A model generated the notes under the pieces. The model was not told where the DNA came from and searched no databases. It saw only the letters and a list, made by a program, of their open reading frames with translations. Position numbers and translations under genes: made by a program. Of a stretch of 64,000 nt of DNA, positions 10,764 through 23,570 are shown in pieces (the stretch's first letter is position 1; the number at the start of each line of letters is the position of its first letter). The DNA comes from the human T2T-CHM13v2.0 reference genome, Homo sapiens: assembly GCF_009914755.1 (NCBI RefSeq), contig NC_060930.1, one strand, 5' to 3'.

Positions 10764-13104
10764 GGCCTACACCATAATGACAAATGGGACCATGATTTTA
10801 AATATGTATGCTTATGCCCTTATGCATTCATATAAGAGTGAGATTCTGAAAGCAGCTTGTATTACTTAGCTCTCCAACTCTAAAATCCACACCAAAATTA
10901 CCTGTAGCAGGTGCTTATTAATGTTCAGAATCTAAGTAAAGTTTCCCAGAAACATATCTAGATAGAAAGAGGTATGGTTATATACATGGAAGGAAAGAAA
11001 ATACAAGATTGCATCATTTTTAGGTGCTGAGGTAGACAGTCCTTTTATTTGCTTTCTTTTAATTTCCACCTCAAAAATTTCAAGTCAATAAATTCAATCA
11101 GCTGAAAGAACTCCAGACAATATGAAGGCAAATCTAAGGAAATATGATGACTGATACATAAATTTAATAACTCAATCATTTTCATACCAATCTGGAGGCT
11201 TTCCCATATATATATATATATATCCCCATTAATTGGTTGAAGGTTTCTTATAATTTGTTAAATTGCAAACTGGAATATGTGCTTTCATTATGTTACAGGG
11301 GTATTTGGAAATTGAAAATTTATCTGTACATCTGTAAATTTAAAAAATGAGTCTTTAATTTATTAAAAAATATTAGCACCTATTTAATACCTGAAACTAT
11401 ACTAGATAGAAATGTGATGAAGAAACTTTTAAGATGAATTTCAATGCTGCTTATGAAATACTAATCTATCATGAGTAGGAAAAATGGCATGATATGGCTG
11501 ATTTTGTTATGGAAAAATGATGCCTTCTTGGGGAATTACAATAACATACATGTGTTTTGAAGTCTAGAGGAAAAGAGACTTTGAAATCTCTTCATGATCT
11601 CCTTACACACTGTTCTTAATTAAGACTTCAGCATTGTCATTTAAAACAGAGAAAATATTATTAATACTCTTTCATCTACATCCCAGACCAATTTTCATCC
11701 CATCAAAAGGAGCAGAAAGCTGAGAGAGATATCAAGCATAGTGACAATAGTTTTATGTCAGGACTTCTCTTCATCTGACATATCTTCAATATGCTTTATT
11801 GGTATTGCCACTTTATTAGTATATACACACATGGATACACACACATATAGAGTTTTCTGCAGGATTCAGAAACATAAGCTCAGTGCCTTATCTGAGGTCT
11901 TAAAGATAATCATAGTAATTAATTACCTTTATTTTGAGCATAAAATTGAGATAACGTAGCCATCTCATTCATGAATGTGCAACTGTGTGGATTAATGTGT
12001 TTGTTAAGACAGAGGTGCTATTTGTTTAACAAATTGGTGGGATTTTTTAAATATAACCTTATTATTACAAGCAGAATGCATGCCTTCCCCTTTAAAAATC
12101 TTAGCACTTGTAACATAAGATAGGTTCTCTATTTTTCCAATCTTCTAAAGATTGAAGACCTAGCTTAATTGTCAAAACTTATTTTGAATTAATAAGTGCA
12201 TATTAATTGAGAAAACAATCTTGAAAACTAAAGTTTTATTAATGAAATAGTGATTTAACTGAATTTACATTTTATTTATCACGACATCAATAATATTTAA
12301 AACTATATGTGAAACATATTATTTAGCTAATAGAAAATGCTTGGCAAGCAAAAGAGCTTCTCAAACACTCTGCAGTTGCTCAGATATCGTAAATATAAAA
12401 TGGATAATATTGAAAGAAACAGAGGAGATGCAAGAATAAAGAATATTTTTTCCCAGTATCTTGGGAAAGATAAAGCCAAGTAGAAACAAAACCAGCAGGG
12501 TCCTTAGAGACTTTCAGACATCAATTTCCTTGTGTATAATCTGGGGACAATAATTCTCTTCAGCACAAGAAATGTTTGGTAAAGCAGATATTAAATAGCT
12601 ATAAAGTAACAGATTTTAAAACTGAAAAAAGAATCATTGAGTGATATAGGAAGTCTTATTCTTCTGAATTATTTTAGCCTGTGTCATTCATTTGATAGAA
12701 ATTTGTATAAAGTGCAGTGGGTTTTTAGGAGTACAAGACTTTTCTCTCCAAATCAGATTAAAAATTTCTGGAAGACTTTTCAGTATCCTCACACAGCCTT
12801 CTCCTGTAGAATCCTCCTAGCACATACTATTTGTAATTTAGATGTCAGCCAGAGGGTTTTTTGTTTTGTTTTCTTGGTTTGTTTGTTTTTTGCCCTTTGA
12901 GATCCAGGTAAATTTGGCTCAAACTTTATTCTTTTGCCTTATAGAAGTCATAAAACCTCATAAAGTGTTCTGTGACTTATTAGGGATCTTAATTATTTTT
13001 GTTTGTTTGTTTGGTTGGTTTGGTTTCTGTGCGTGCACGTATATGAGTGCATGTGTACTTGCTGTTCTGCACTACCGCCACTTGGTTTTTACATTAAAAT
13101 TCAG

Positions 13105-13920
13105 CGCTGGTCTTTCTGTGCCTTAACACAATGTCCTCCAGGTTTATCTATGTTGTTATAGATGACAAGATTTCCTTCCAAAGACCGCATAGTATTCCAT
13201 TGTGTATATATGCCACAATTTCTTTACCTATTCATTCATTAATGGACATTTAGACTGCTTTCATATTGTGGCTATTGTGAATCATACCACAATAAACAGG
13301 AATGAAGATATCTCTTCAACATACTGATTTCACTTCCTTTGGATATTTGCCCAGTAGTGGGATTGCTGGATTATGTGGTAGCCACACTTTTAGTTTTTAG
13401 AGGAATTTCCACGCTATTTTCCAAAATGGCTGTACTAATTTACATTCCCACCAACAGTGTACGAGAGTTCCTTTTTCTCCACATCCTCTCCAACACTTAC
13501 GTTTCATTCTACATATATGCAGAATTTTAAAAAGTCAAACTCTTAAAATGAGAGTGTAGAATACTGGTTACCAGAGACTGGGTGTGCCGGGGATGGGAGT
13601 GGCAGGGAGGGACAGAAAAAAGGGAGATGCTGGTCAGAGGATAGAAAGTTTCAGTTAGATGAAAGGAATAATCTTGGTGATCTATTGCACAGTAGCTGAT
13701 CATAGTTAATAATAATGTAATAATGTATTTCACATCTCAAAATTGCTAAAAGAGTAGATTTTAAATGTTCTCACCAAACAAAAAAATGGTAAGTGGGTAA
13801 GGTGGATGTGTTAGCTTGATTAACCTTTATATAATATACACATACATCAAAGCATCACATTGTACTTCATTAATATATACAATCATTAGTTGTCAATTCA
13901 GAATTAAATAATAAAATAAT
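13105..13920 (+). mobile_element. L1MA-type 3' end with 5' inversion (about 13105-13500 antisense, 13502-13920 sense)
   Basis: The antisense block and the sense 3'UTR block are adjacent segments of the L1 consensus; A-rich end near 13905-13920. Confidence 0.8.
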
Positions 13921-14179
13921 TTATTCATACAACATACTCATAAACATAACAGGCTTTTGCAAGAGGTATGAGTATAGAGAAAAAATGGAGTAGGGGTCAT
14001 ATTATACACAAAAATAACTATAAATTACCAAAACAATGATGATGGCATCATTGTTCTTATACTGTCCTTTGGCCACCTTACTATTTGGGAATTATTGCAG
14101 GCCTTGCATCCCCTAATCTTCCAGCTTTTTTCAATTTGTTAATTATTCTCTTCCTCCCTTTTTCTCTGCTTTTATAGAG

Positions 14180-14660
14180 GACCCGATTGATTGCCTACCC
14201 AACATTCATTTCCCTTTTTCTCCTACTAACAGTCTCATTTGGATTAGGTATCTTCCCTTCCTTAAGGAAAGCAGACCACACCCAGCACGGAGGTTGCCCT
14301 GATCACAGTTGTAAGTGCACAGTGAGTCATATGGCCTCAGATGACCCAATCAAGCTAGAAGGAAAGATGCTTGAAGGAGGACTGTTCTTTCTCTTACTTG
14401 TCCAAGACAAGACCCAGCCATCACCCACAGCTAGCTTGCCAACATGAACAAGCCACAGATGCAAGTAGCAGGGTGAAAAGATGTAAAGAACCTGGGTTCT
14501 TCATGATGTGAGCCTCTGCCTTCACTGACACTGGCAGCCATACCACCTCTGCATTTCTGAGGACATCATGTTTTACTATTTAATTTGTTAAATGTTTTGC
14601 TATTTAAACCTATGTGAATCAGGTTCTTGTTACTAAGAAGTAGAAGTATCCTAATTAACT
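14180..14660 (+). mobile_element. MLT1 (J/K/L-like) solo LTR
   Basis: cccaacattcatttccctttttctcctactaacag start; aagaacctgggt; gttcttgttact...atcctaattaac end. Confidence 0.65.
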
Positions 14661-15177
14661 ATAGTTCTCTTTTCTTCTTCTCAGGAACAAAACATTGTTA
14701 TTTATTTCTTTTTTTTAAGCTCATATAGAACACGTTAGTCCTTTAGAGACTAGTGACCCTTCCTTGTTGTTTAATCTCCTGTGAATTTCCCCAAGCTTGG
14801 AGTCCCACACTCTGCCCTAAGTAGATTATCAAAATAGGTTTCTAAACAAAGGTAGTTCCCATTATAAGAAAAATGCTAGCAAGAGCTGTTAAGAAAATTA
14901 TGATTTCCTCATTATATATCCATTAACTATTATTTCTTCTCAGCTCTGCTACAGTGCTGTCATTTCTTGTCTTCCTGTCCAGGTGAAATTACCACCACCC
15001 CACAGCCTGCCACATTATTCTGCTACAAGATAAAAGAGGTGCTCTACTTGCTCCAGCTGTGAAGGAGGAAATCTTCTTAAAATGCCCCAGTCTCCCATTT
15101 GCTGGTCTTACCACTGGCAGCTGCAGAGCATGGATACCCAGTAACCCCACTGAATGCAGCTAGAGGGAGTTATCTGC

Positions 15178-15615
15178 TGTATTAGACACTGTGCTGTGCT
15201 GCCCAGATCTCCTTTCTAAATTGAAGGGCCTGTTTCTCACCTACAGAAACTACTACTCACACCCCATCCTCTGTTTTCTGCGCTTTCCAGGAATTGCTTT
15301 CTGCTGAAGAGAGCTGCCTGACTCAAAGTGATATCCCTTCCAGGATGCAGCCTGGATCAATGATGGGCTAAAGCAGAACAAAGGACCAGTCTCTCCCTAT
15401 CTAAATTTGACCAACTCTGTGGGGCCACCTGAGCTTCAGAGCTCCCATACATTTTCCGAGACTGAATGATTATGCCTGTATTATACCTTGATTTTTCCTC
15501 TGCTGCCTGTGTTGTTTTCCCTTCTTTTATAGGTGCTTATCATATACCCGGGCACTTCCTAATAACCCTCCTGTATACAAATCTCCATCAGAGTTATTTT
15601 CTTTCTCTGATGGGG
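15178..15615 (+). mobile_element. LTR16-family ERVL LTR
   Basis: tgt start; gctgcccagatc; gctgaagagagctgcct; gcttcagagctccc; taataaccctcctgtatacaaatctccatcagag. Confidence 0.75.
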
Positions 15616-15619
15616 GAAG

Positions 15620-18270
15620 CTGATGGTAACAGTACCAGGAGTCTGAGAAAGCAGACGCTAACATGAGATTCTGAAGCTGCCTCACCTGTCACCCAACAAA
15701 CATCAAGTGACTCATCACTGGTGGAAGGTGGAGAATGAATAACCTGGCAAAAGGCAGCAGGGCGATTGTTAAAGCTTTCACCTGTGGGGAATTGTGATGG
15801 CATGCTGGCAGAAGGAAATGCACTAGTGGGTGTAATGCATCAGGTGTTTGAGAAATATAGAGAAAATAGTAATTAGGGGAACAATGAACTTGAATAGGTT
15901 TTACTGTGGATATTTGATTCCTTAGAAAACAAATAATGGAAAGCTGAGAAGGATTAATTGGAAATTAAAAGCTAAATGCGAAAGCCAGAAGACCCCCTTG
16001 GCAACATATAAAGAGATATCCATCTCTTACAGTTGAAAGATGGAATGAGCTGAGGACCAGACAAGGGTTTAATCATAAGAATAGCAGAACTCCAGAGAAC
16101 CTGAGCATGTCTGCTATGCCAAGGTCAGATACTTGATTAGGAAGAGGTGGAATACTGGGATAATTGATAGGGACATCTGGCACGATGTGCTAGAAAATTA
16201 CAAATCCCCAAGTCCCCTAAACCAGAATTTCTCAACCTCTGCACTATTGGCACTTGAAGCTGGATAGTTCTTTGTTGTTGGGGGCTGTCCTGTGCATTGT
16301 AGAATGACTATTCAGCAGCATCCCTGGTCTCTACTAGATGCCGGCAGTAGCCCCTCTGCACCATTTATGAAGATCACAAGTGTCTGCAGACATTGTCAAA
16401 TATGCCCTTGGGACCAAAACTGTCCCAACTGGGAATCAATGCCCTAAAAACCCTCTGTATTGGTGAGATTGGCCTAATCCTCCCTGTTACAATCTAGTAC
16501 TCCACTCTTACTTGAAGACAGCACAGAGAACTATATCTTTCGAAACAAAAAGGACCCCACTTGTGATGTAATCTCATGGCTTCTAAGCCAATGATTAAGT
16601 TTAAGTTACATTCTAACCCAGCTGGGGCAATATTGGGCCTGCTGAGGGAATTAAAGGATCATACTGTAAAGAAACTTTAGTAGTTAGCAATCAACTTCAG
16701 CAGGACCTTGGAGAGTTCATGTGAGACTGGACCCTAAGAACACTGGATTGAAGCTGGCAGAACATGAAGTTGGGAAATGGGGAGTTTTTCAATATGAGAA
16801 CATTCTCCCATGACATAGGACTCAACATTCTGGCAAGGACCCTGGGAAATGGTGCCAACACATTCCTAGGATGGCTTGTAAAAGCTTGGGGAAGACTAAA
16901 GCTATGGTAAATACATAGTGAAGCATAAATGCCATAATTTCCATGGCTGATGGTCAAAGAATGAATTAAAAGGCATAGAAAAGTAAGCATGCTAAAGTAC
17001 ATATACTATGCAAGGCCAAGTAACTCATTAGATGACTATTACCACACAGGAGGGTCTGGGAGATCCTGCAATTACAAAATGTTCGAGAATTTGCTGATGA
17101 GAGGGGCACCAAGAACACTGCGAGGCTTACAGTAGGAGATGAGATATGTCAAGTTAGAAGTGGGGTCAGGATAATAATGGGGATGATTAGCCCATAAATG
17201 ATAGAGGCTACATGGTAACACAGTTATCACAATCAGACTTAGATTGCCTTGACATCATGCAGCACATCACAGTGGTCCACTCATTAGTGACATCATGCTC
17301 ACTGGACTATCTGAGCAGGAAGTGTCATATGAAGCACTACATATGTACTCTAGAGAGTAGGGGATAAAGCCTGTGGATTCAGAGGCCCATTATATCAGCA
17401 AAATGTTTAGGGATGCAGTGGTCTGGAACACACAGAAACATCTTATCTAAAATGAAGCACAAATTATTGTATTTCACATCTCTCACCATGAAAGCTAAGC
17501 GGAATGCCTGGCAGGGTTTTGGAGGCAGCATGCTCCCTACCTGGGAATCCTTCTCCGCTTCTCAGCGTATATACTGGGGACATAGTTTGAGTGGGTTGAG
17601 TGGGACACTGAGCAAAAATGGCTGTTGCATGGATCACATGACCCAGCAGGCCCTATAATCTTGGAAACACATATGGTGGGAAAGGTGGCATGTAAAGTTT
17701 ATAACAAGCCTTAATGGAATCACAATACAGGTCTCTAGGATTCTAGAACAAGATAATGCAATCTACATTAGATAATTATACACCTATCGAAAATTAGCTC
17801 CTGGTGTGCTGCTGGGCCCTGATTAAGGAAGAGCACATGACTTAAGAAATACCAAGTGACCATGCATCCAGAATTGCCCACTATGAGCTAGAGTCCATCA
17901 GAACCAAAAAGTCATATAGTTGCTTACGACCAGTGGCAATCTACATTAATGTGAATGGTACATCTAGGATCAAATATCTAGTAGAACCAAAGGGGACAGG
18001 TGAGCCACACAGGCAGACAGCCCTGACTCTCCTATTATCTATCACCATTACATCATACCTTTCCCCTCAGCTCACTCCTGAATGGGGTGTGTTCCAATAT
18101 GACAAGCCAACAGGAGAGAAAAAGCCAATATTGGCTCATGGATGGTTTGGCTTGGTATATGGGTACCAAATGAAAATGGACTGCATTGTACTATAGCCAC
18201 CCGTATCATGGCCTTAACTGAAGGTGGTGGAGAGAAATACTTCTGAAGGATGGTGCACCTAGCCATCTAC
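15620..18270 (+). mobile_element. HERV16/ERV3-16-type ERVL internal region, decayed and deleted (gag and pol remnants)
   Basis: gtaccaggagtctgagaaagcagacgctaa leader; RT remnant resembling VHYIDDIML near 17272-17325; RNase H remnant resembling WFTDGS..KWTA near 18130-18200; no 3' LTR seen. Confidence 0.75.
16223..16441 (+). mobile_element. MER20 nested in the ERVL internal region
   Basis: cagaatttctcaacc...gggaatcaatg termini; 8-bp TSD ccctaaac / ccctaaaa. Confidence 0.9.
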
Positions 18271-18284
18271 TTTGTGTGGACCCT

Positions 18285-18395
18285 AAGGAAGCAGAGATCC
18301 TGTCTGCCTCCTTCGTCTCTGAATTCCTGAGTACATAGAAGGTAACAGGCAGAGAAGAGGTACTCCACAAACATTTGTTAAATGAATGAGTCAAT
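18285..18395 (+). mobile_element. L2 3' end
   Basis: ...acaaacatttgttaaatgaatgag terminal motif. Confidence 0.6.
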
Positions 18396-18411
18396 TCAAC
18401 AAATATTCTTT

Positions 18412-18718
18412 CTTTATTTTTTGTTTGTTTTTGTTTTTGTTTGTTTATTTGTTTTTTGAGATAGAGTCTTGTTCTGTTGCCCAGGCTGGAGTACAGTGGC
18501 ACGATCTCGGCCCACTGCAACCTCCCCCTCCCAGGTTCCAGCAATTCTCCTTCTCAGCCTCCCGAGTAGCTGGGATTACAGGCACATGCCATCACGCACG
18601 GCTAATTTTTGTATTTTTAGTAGAGACAGAGTTTCACCATGTTGGCCAGGCTGGTCTTGAACTCCTGACCTCAAGTGATCCATCCACCTTGGTCTCCCAA
18701 AGTGTTGGAATTACAGGC
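18412..18718 (-). mobile_element. AluS, 5'-truncated by about 20 nt
   Basis: TTTG-patterned tail; ends at gaattacaggc; 16-bp TSD tcaacaaatattcttt at 18396-18411 and 18719-18734. Confidence 0.95.
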
Positions 18719-19292
18719 TCAACAAATATTCTTTAAGCACATACTCTAACCAAGGTATGTAATAAATATTTGACAGCTTACTGATTAAGACTCTTGGTGA
18801 TTTTATACCTGGAACAACAGGTTGCCAAGACAGAAACTAGAAAATGTGCAGAATCCGTTAAACAACAAAAAAAGCAATGGGTACATCTTAGTCTTTTCCT
18901 GGAGAGACAGTTCATGAATGAATAACTAAAATTGGGGAATAATCACAATTAAGATACCCAGAGACAGAAACAGGGAAAAGGAGACACTATTTTCCACTTA
19001 CATTTCCATAATTCTAAAAGTTAAAAACTGTTTTATTTATTTTGAGCCAGATGGACATATTGGCCTCCTACTTATTTCAGAAAGAAAATTATTTTTAGTC
19101 ATTATTCCAGTCTTGTATGACACAAGCAATTATAGATGTGTGCTGAAATCAATTGTTTAGTTCGATGAATATACAGAAAAGGCAATGAAACATGTAGCTT
19201 AAATCAGGTAATAGTCTGTGTAATGGTAAAATCTAAATCAATTAGATTGGTTTACTTGTGGTAATTGTGTACAATAGTTCATACACTGCCCA

Positions 19293-19370
19293 TAGATTAT
19301 AAAATGGATAAGTGTACACACATAGGTGCAGTAGATTATAAAATGCATAAGTGTACACACATAGGTGCAG
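19293..19370 (+). repeat. 39-bp tandem duplication
   Basis: tagattataaaatg(g/c)ataagtgtacacacataggtgcag x2, 1 mismatch. Confidence 0.97.
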
Positions 19371-19419
19371 TCCTGGCCCTTACAAAACTTCTGTTTAAAA
19401 TCTGACATGTAGAAATGAG

Positions 19420-20180
19420 ACTATAATCTAGAAATTGCACTCCTTAGAAATTACCCAAATGACTTAAAAATGTACGTCCACACAAAAACCTGCACACAAA
19501 TGTTTATAGCAGCTTTATTCATGATTGCCCAAACTTCAAAGAAATCAAGATATCCTTCAGTAGGTAAGTGGTTAAATAAACTGTGGTACATCCAGTCAAT
19601 GGAGTATTATTCAACACTAAATAGAAAAGAGCTATAAGGACATGAAGGAACCTTAAATCCATATTACTAAGTGAAAGATGCCAGTCTGTAAAGTCTGCAT
19701 ACAATATAATTCCAACTATTTGACATTCTGGAAAAGCCAAAACTGTGGAGACAGTACAAAAGATCAGTGTTTGTCAGAGTTTGTGAAGAGAGAGGGATAC
19801 ACTGGTGGAACACAGAGGATTTTTAGGGCAATGAAACTACTCTGTATGATACTATAATGGTAGATGCATGTCATTATAAATTTGTCCAAAACTATAGAAT
19901 ATACAATTTTAACAGTGAACCTTAACATAAACTATGGACTTTGAGTGTTTATTATGTGTCAATGTAAGTTCATCAGTTGTAACAAATTAAAGCAATGGCA
20001 AAAAAAAGTGCAATTACTTTTGCACCAACCTAATACCACTCTGGTGCAGGGAGTTGATAGTGGAGGAGGCTGTGCATGTGTGGGGGCAGGTAGCATATGG
20101 GAAATCTATGTACTTTCTGCACAACTTTGTTATGAAGCTAAAACTGCTCTAAAAGAACGTTAAAAAACTATTTTTAAAGA
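19420..20180 (+). mobile_element. L1MC1-like 3' end
   Basis: gtccacacaaaaacctgcacacaaatgtttatagcagc; aaactatggactttgagtg; aagctaaaactgctctaaaa. Confidence 0.85.
19987..20033. mobile_element. Half MADE1 (Hsmar1 mariner MITE), single TIR
   Basis: aatggcaaaaa...gcaattacttttgcaccaacctaa followed by TA; interrupts L1 between gtaacaaat and taccactctgg. Confidence 0.85.
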
Positions 20181-20484
20181 AAACTTCACTGGTAGACCAA
20201 TCTTTCTTTCCTACCCGCTTTTAGGACCATTTTTTTAATAAGACCTTTTCTTCTCCCAAATAGTATAAAGCAACTTGATCTAGAGTAAGCAAGAAAAAAA
20301 AAAGATGATTTTCTATAGGGACACTCATGGTTTATGAGCACAATGGTAGCCAGGCTTGATAAGGGACTGGAGCAGAAAACAAGAAAACAGAAAACTTTGT
20401 GGAAGCAGGCAGGCACTCTCCTATTCCCCTTCTCTTTAGATTACCCAATGCCAAGTCTATTTTTTTAACTAGTATCCACCCTAC

Positions 20485-20952
20485 ACTGGTGGTTGCTCAT
20501 ACAATGTCTATTCTCAGTATACTCTCCTTTCCTTCATTACTAAGAGAACTTCAATTTTGTTCAGGGAGGTATGTTTAGCTTAAAATTTTAGTTGCCCAGA
20601 TACCTTTGCAACTAAATATTGACACAGCGACATTGTCTAGGCCAATGAGATGTAAGCAGAAGTAGAAGTTGTGGGTGGTTACTTCAGGAAGCTGTTAATG
20701 GAGGCGTAGCCTTTCTCCCTGTCTGCCCAGAATATAGGTACCATGCTGGGAGACGAGTTGAGTATTTTGTAACCACGAGGTTGAGAGCTACATGGCAAGA
20801 CTAGTGGAACAGAAAACTAAAAGTGGTGTGGGTATTTTATCAGCCCAGGACTATTTATCTCTGCATTTCTTATCATATGGAAACATTTTAAAAAGTAAGC
20901 CACAGTAGTTGGGTTTCTGTTTCATGCAGCCCGTCCAATTCTTAACTAATAC
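20485..20952 (+). mobile_element. MLT1 (I/J-like) solo LTR
   Basis: ggccaatgagatgtaagcagaagt; gttgggtttctgtt...cttaactaatac end. Confidence 0.75.
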
Positions 20953-21494
20953 GACATCCACTCGATCTGTCTTTCTTGGCAGATGGACACTCTCTGTGCT
21001 GTAGTCACTAGAGAAAGACAGCTGCTCACATATTTTCAGTTTATATTACCTCAGTTTATGCTAACAGTACAGATTAAACTAGAACTTCTTAGATCCAAGA
21101 TGAACTTTACTAGAGGAAGAATCTGATTAACCCAGCTAATCAATTATGTGCAGGGTCAGGATAACTTATCAAATATGGTTGACAGGGGCCCATCTTGGAA
21201 GGATTTTAGGGAAAATTGTTCATGATGAATGAAGAACAAAGACGGCAGCCCGATGATATGAACCACTCTTACTTTATTAAAACACAACTAATTCAGCCAC
21301 AGAATCTGACTCTCCCAATCACTTTTACTATACATACGCAGATGTGACTCTGCCCAGTGGTTTAAGTTCTTCTTAGCTGGAAACACTCCTGGATGAAAAG
21401 AATTCTTTAGGAAAACAATTTGAAATTAAATATGTGCATAGGAAGGTCCTTGGTGTGGCATCCAATTTTCAGAATTTCTGTGTGCAAGTGTTTT

Positions 21495-22558
21495 GTTTAT
21501 TTATTTACTTATTTGCTTATGTAAATTTCATCTTTTATTTTAGATACAGGTGGTATATATGTAGGTTTGTCACATGGGTATATTGTGTGATGCTGAGGTT
21601 TGAAGAATGGATTCCAACACCCAGGTAGTAAGCATAGTAGCCAATAGGTAGTTTCTCAACCTGCACTCCTGTCCCCTACCAGTACTCTGAAGTGTCTATT
21701 GTACTCGTATTTATTTTTATGTGTGACCAATGTTTAGCTCTCAGTTATAAGTGAGAATACATAATATGTGGTTTTCTTTTCCTGCATTAATTCACTGAGG
21801 GTAATGGCCTCCATCTGCCTCCATGTTGCTGTAAAAAATCATAAGTTCATTTTTTATGGCTGTATAGTATTCCATGGTGTATATGTGCCACATTTTCTTT
21901 ATCCAGTCCGCCACTAATGGGCACCTACACTGATTCCATGTCTTTGCTATTGCGAATAGTGCTGTGATGAACACACTGGTGCATGTGTCTTTTTGGTAGA
22001 ATAATCTATTTTCCTATGGGTATATACCCAGTAATGGGATGGCTTGGTTGAATGGTAGTTATGTTTTAAGTTCTTTGAGAAATCTCTAAACTGCTTTTCG
22101 CAGTGGCTGAATTAATTTACATTCCCCCTAACAGTATATAAGCTTTCCCTTTTCCTTGCGGCTTCACCAACATCTGTTGTTTTTTGACTTTGTAGTAATA
22201 GCCATTCTGACTGGTGTGAGATAGTGTCTCATTGTAGTTTTTATTTGCATTTCTCTTATGATTGGTGATGATGAGCATTTTTCATATGTTTGTTGGCCAC
22301 TTGTATGCCTTCTTTTGAGAAGCATCTGTTCATGTCCTTTGTCCACTTTTTAATGGGGTTATTTGTTTTTTGCTTGTTGATTTGCTTAAGTTCCTTATAA
22401 ATTCTGGATATTAGACATTTGCCAGGTGCATAGGTCGAGAATATTTTCTCCCATTTGGTAGGTGTTTTGTTTACTCTTATATTTTCTTTTGCTGTGCTGA
22501 AGATTTTTAGTTTAATTAGGTCCCACTTGTCAATTTTTGTTTTCATTGCAATTGCTTT
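21495..22558 (-). mobile_element. L1PA13-16-like 3' about 1 kb
   Basis: catgggtatattgtgtgatgctgaggtttg 3'UTR; ORF-track peptides ([35 protein letters not shown]) are the frameshifted ORF2p C-terminus. Confidence 0.92.
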
Positions 22559-23384
22559 AATATATACATAAGCGGAAGGTGAATTCAGCTAGGATACTGC
22601 CTATTCTGTACACTCTTCAGATATGTTCCACCCTGTGCAAGGATTTGAAAATATAGTGACAGGAAACTAAGTACCTGCACTTTGAGACTTAACAATTGAC
22701 CTAGGGGGAAAGCTATAAACATAAGTAATTCATAATGCAAGTTTCCAGTTTTTCTGCTGCAATTATGTAATTTATATTATAATTGTTATTAGATCAGAGG
22801 AAGAAGAGAAGATGGCCCCTTGTCATTAAAAAATATTTGGAAAATGACAAAATGAGTTCTTCCTCAAGGTTAAGCAAATACTACAATTAGACAAAGAAAA
22901 CACAAAGCTACATGTTGTCCATTCAACTGCAGAGTGAGTGTCTGAACATTTACAGATGTAAAAAGAAGTAACTCCCTGAAATTTTTACAACACAGAGGGA
23001 AATGAGGTCTGGTACTCTGCAAGTATTTGATGTCACTATAATATGTAAGCATAAACCTGACAATCTAAACTTGCTACCTGTCAATGAATATGTTAAACGA
23101 AATAATACTACATGTCAGTTTCTCTTCATATTGGAGTCTCTTGGATTCACTCTGTGAGATATATTTTTATCACTGGTGTTTACAGAAACATAGTGGCAGT
23201 TAATCTATACCTTATTTCCATAAATTTTAAAGACATCCTTTGTTTTTATAGAATCCAAAGATAATGAGCCTGCTAGATTCTTTTAAAATAAGAATTTTGA
23301 TAGAAATACTATAACAATCATTGTTTAAAATGTAATAGCCCTCACAGTATTGTATCCCCTTGCTACTCAGTCATACTTTAGTCA

Positions 23385-23570
23385 CACATTCAGTAAATAT
23401 TTGTTGAGTGCTAGCAAACAGCAGACACAGTGCTGGGCACTAAGGAGGCAGTAGCAAATACTATACAAACAGGGGGTCCTGGCTTTATGGAGTTAAAAGA
23501 TTAATGGGGAAGACTAGCATTAACTAAATACTTATAAATGTGAAAATGTGTGAAAGAATGCACACAGACT
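23385..23570 (-). mobile_element. L2 fragment
   Basis: cattcagtaaatatttgttgagtgc...agtgctgggcact. Confidence 0.65.

Noticed and set aside
21792-22546. L1 ORF2p-like peptides (also 34776-39959, 42298-43005, 45221-45472)
   Set aside because: Frameshifted, stop-interrupted remnants of dead L1s
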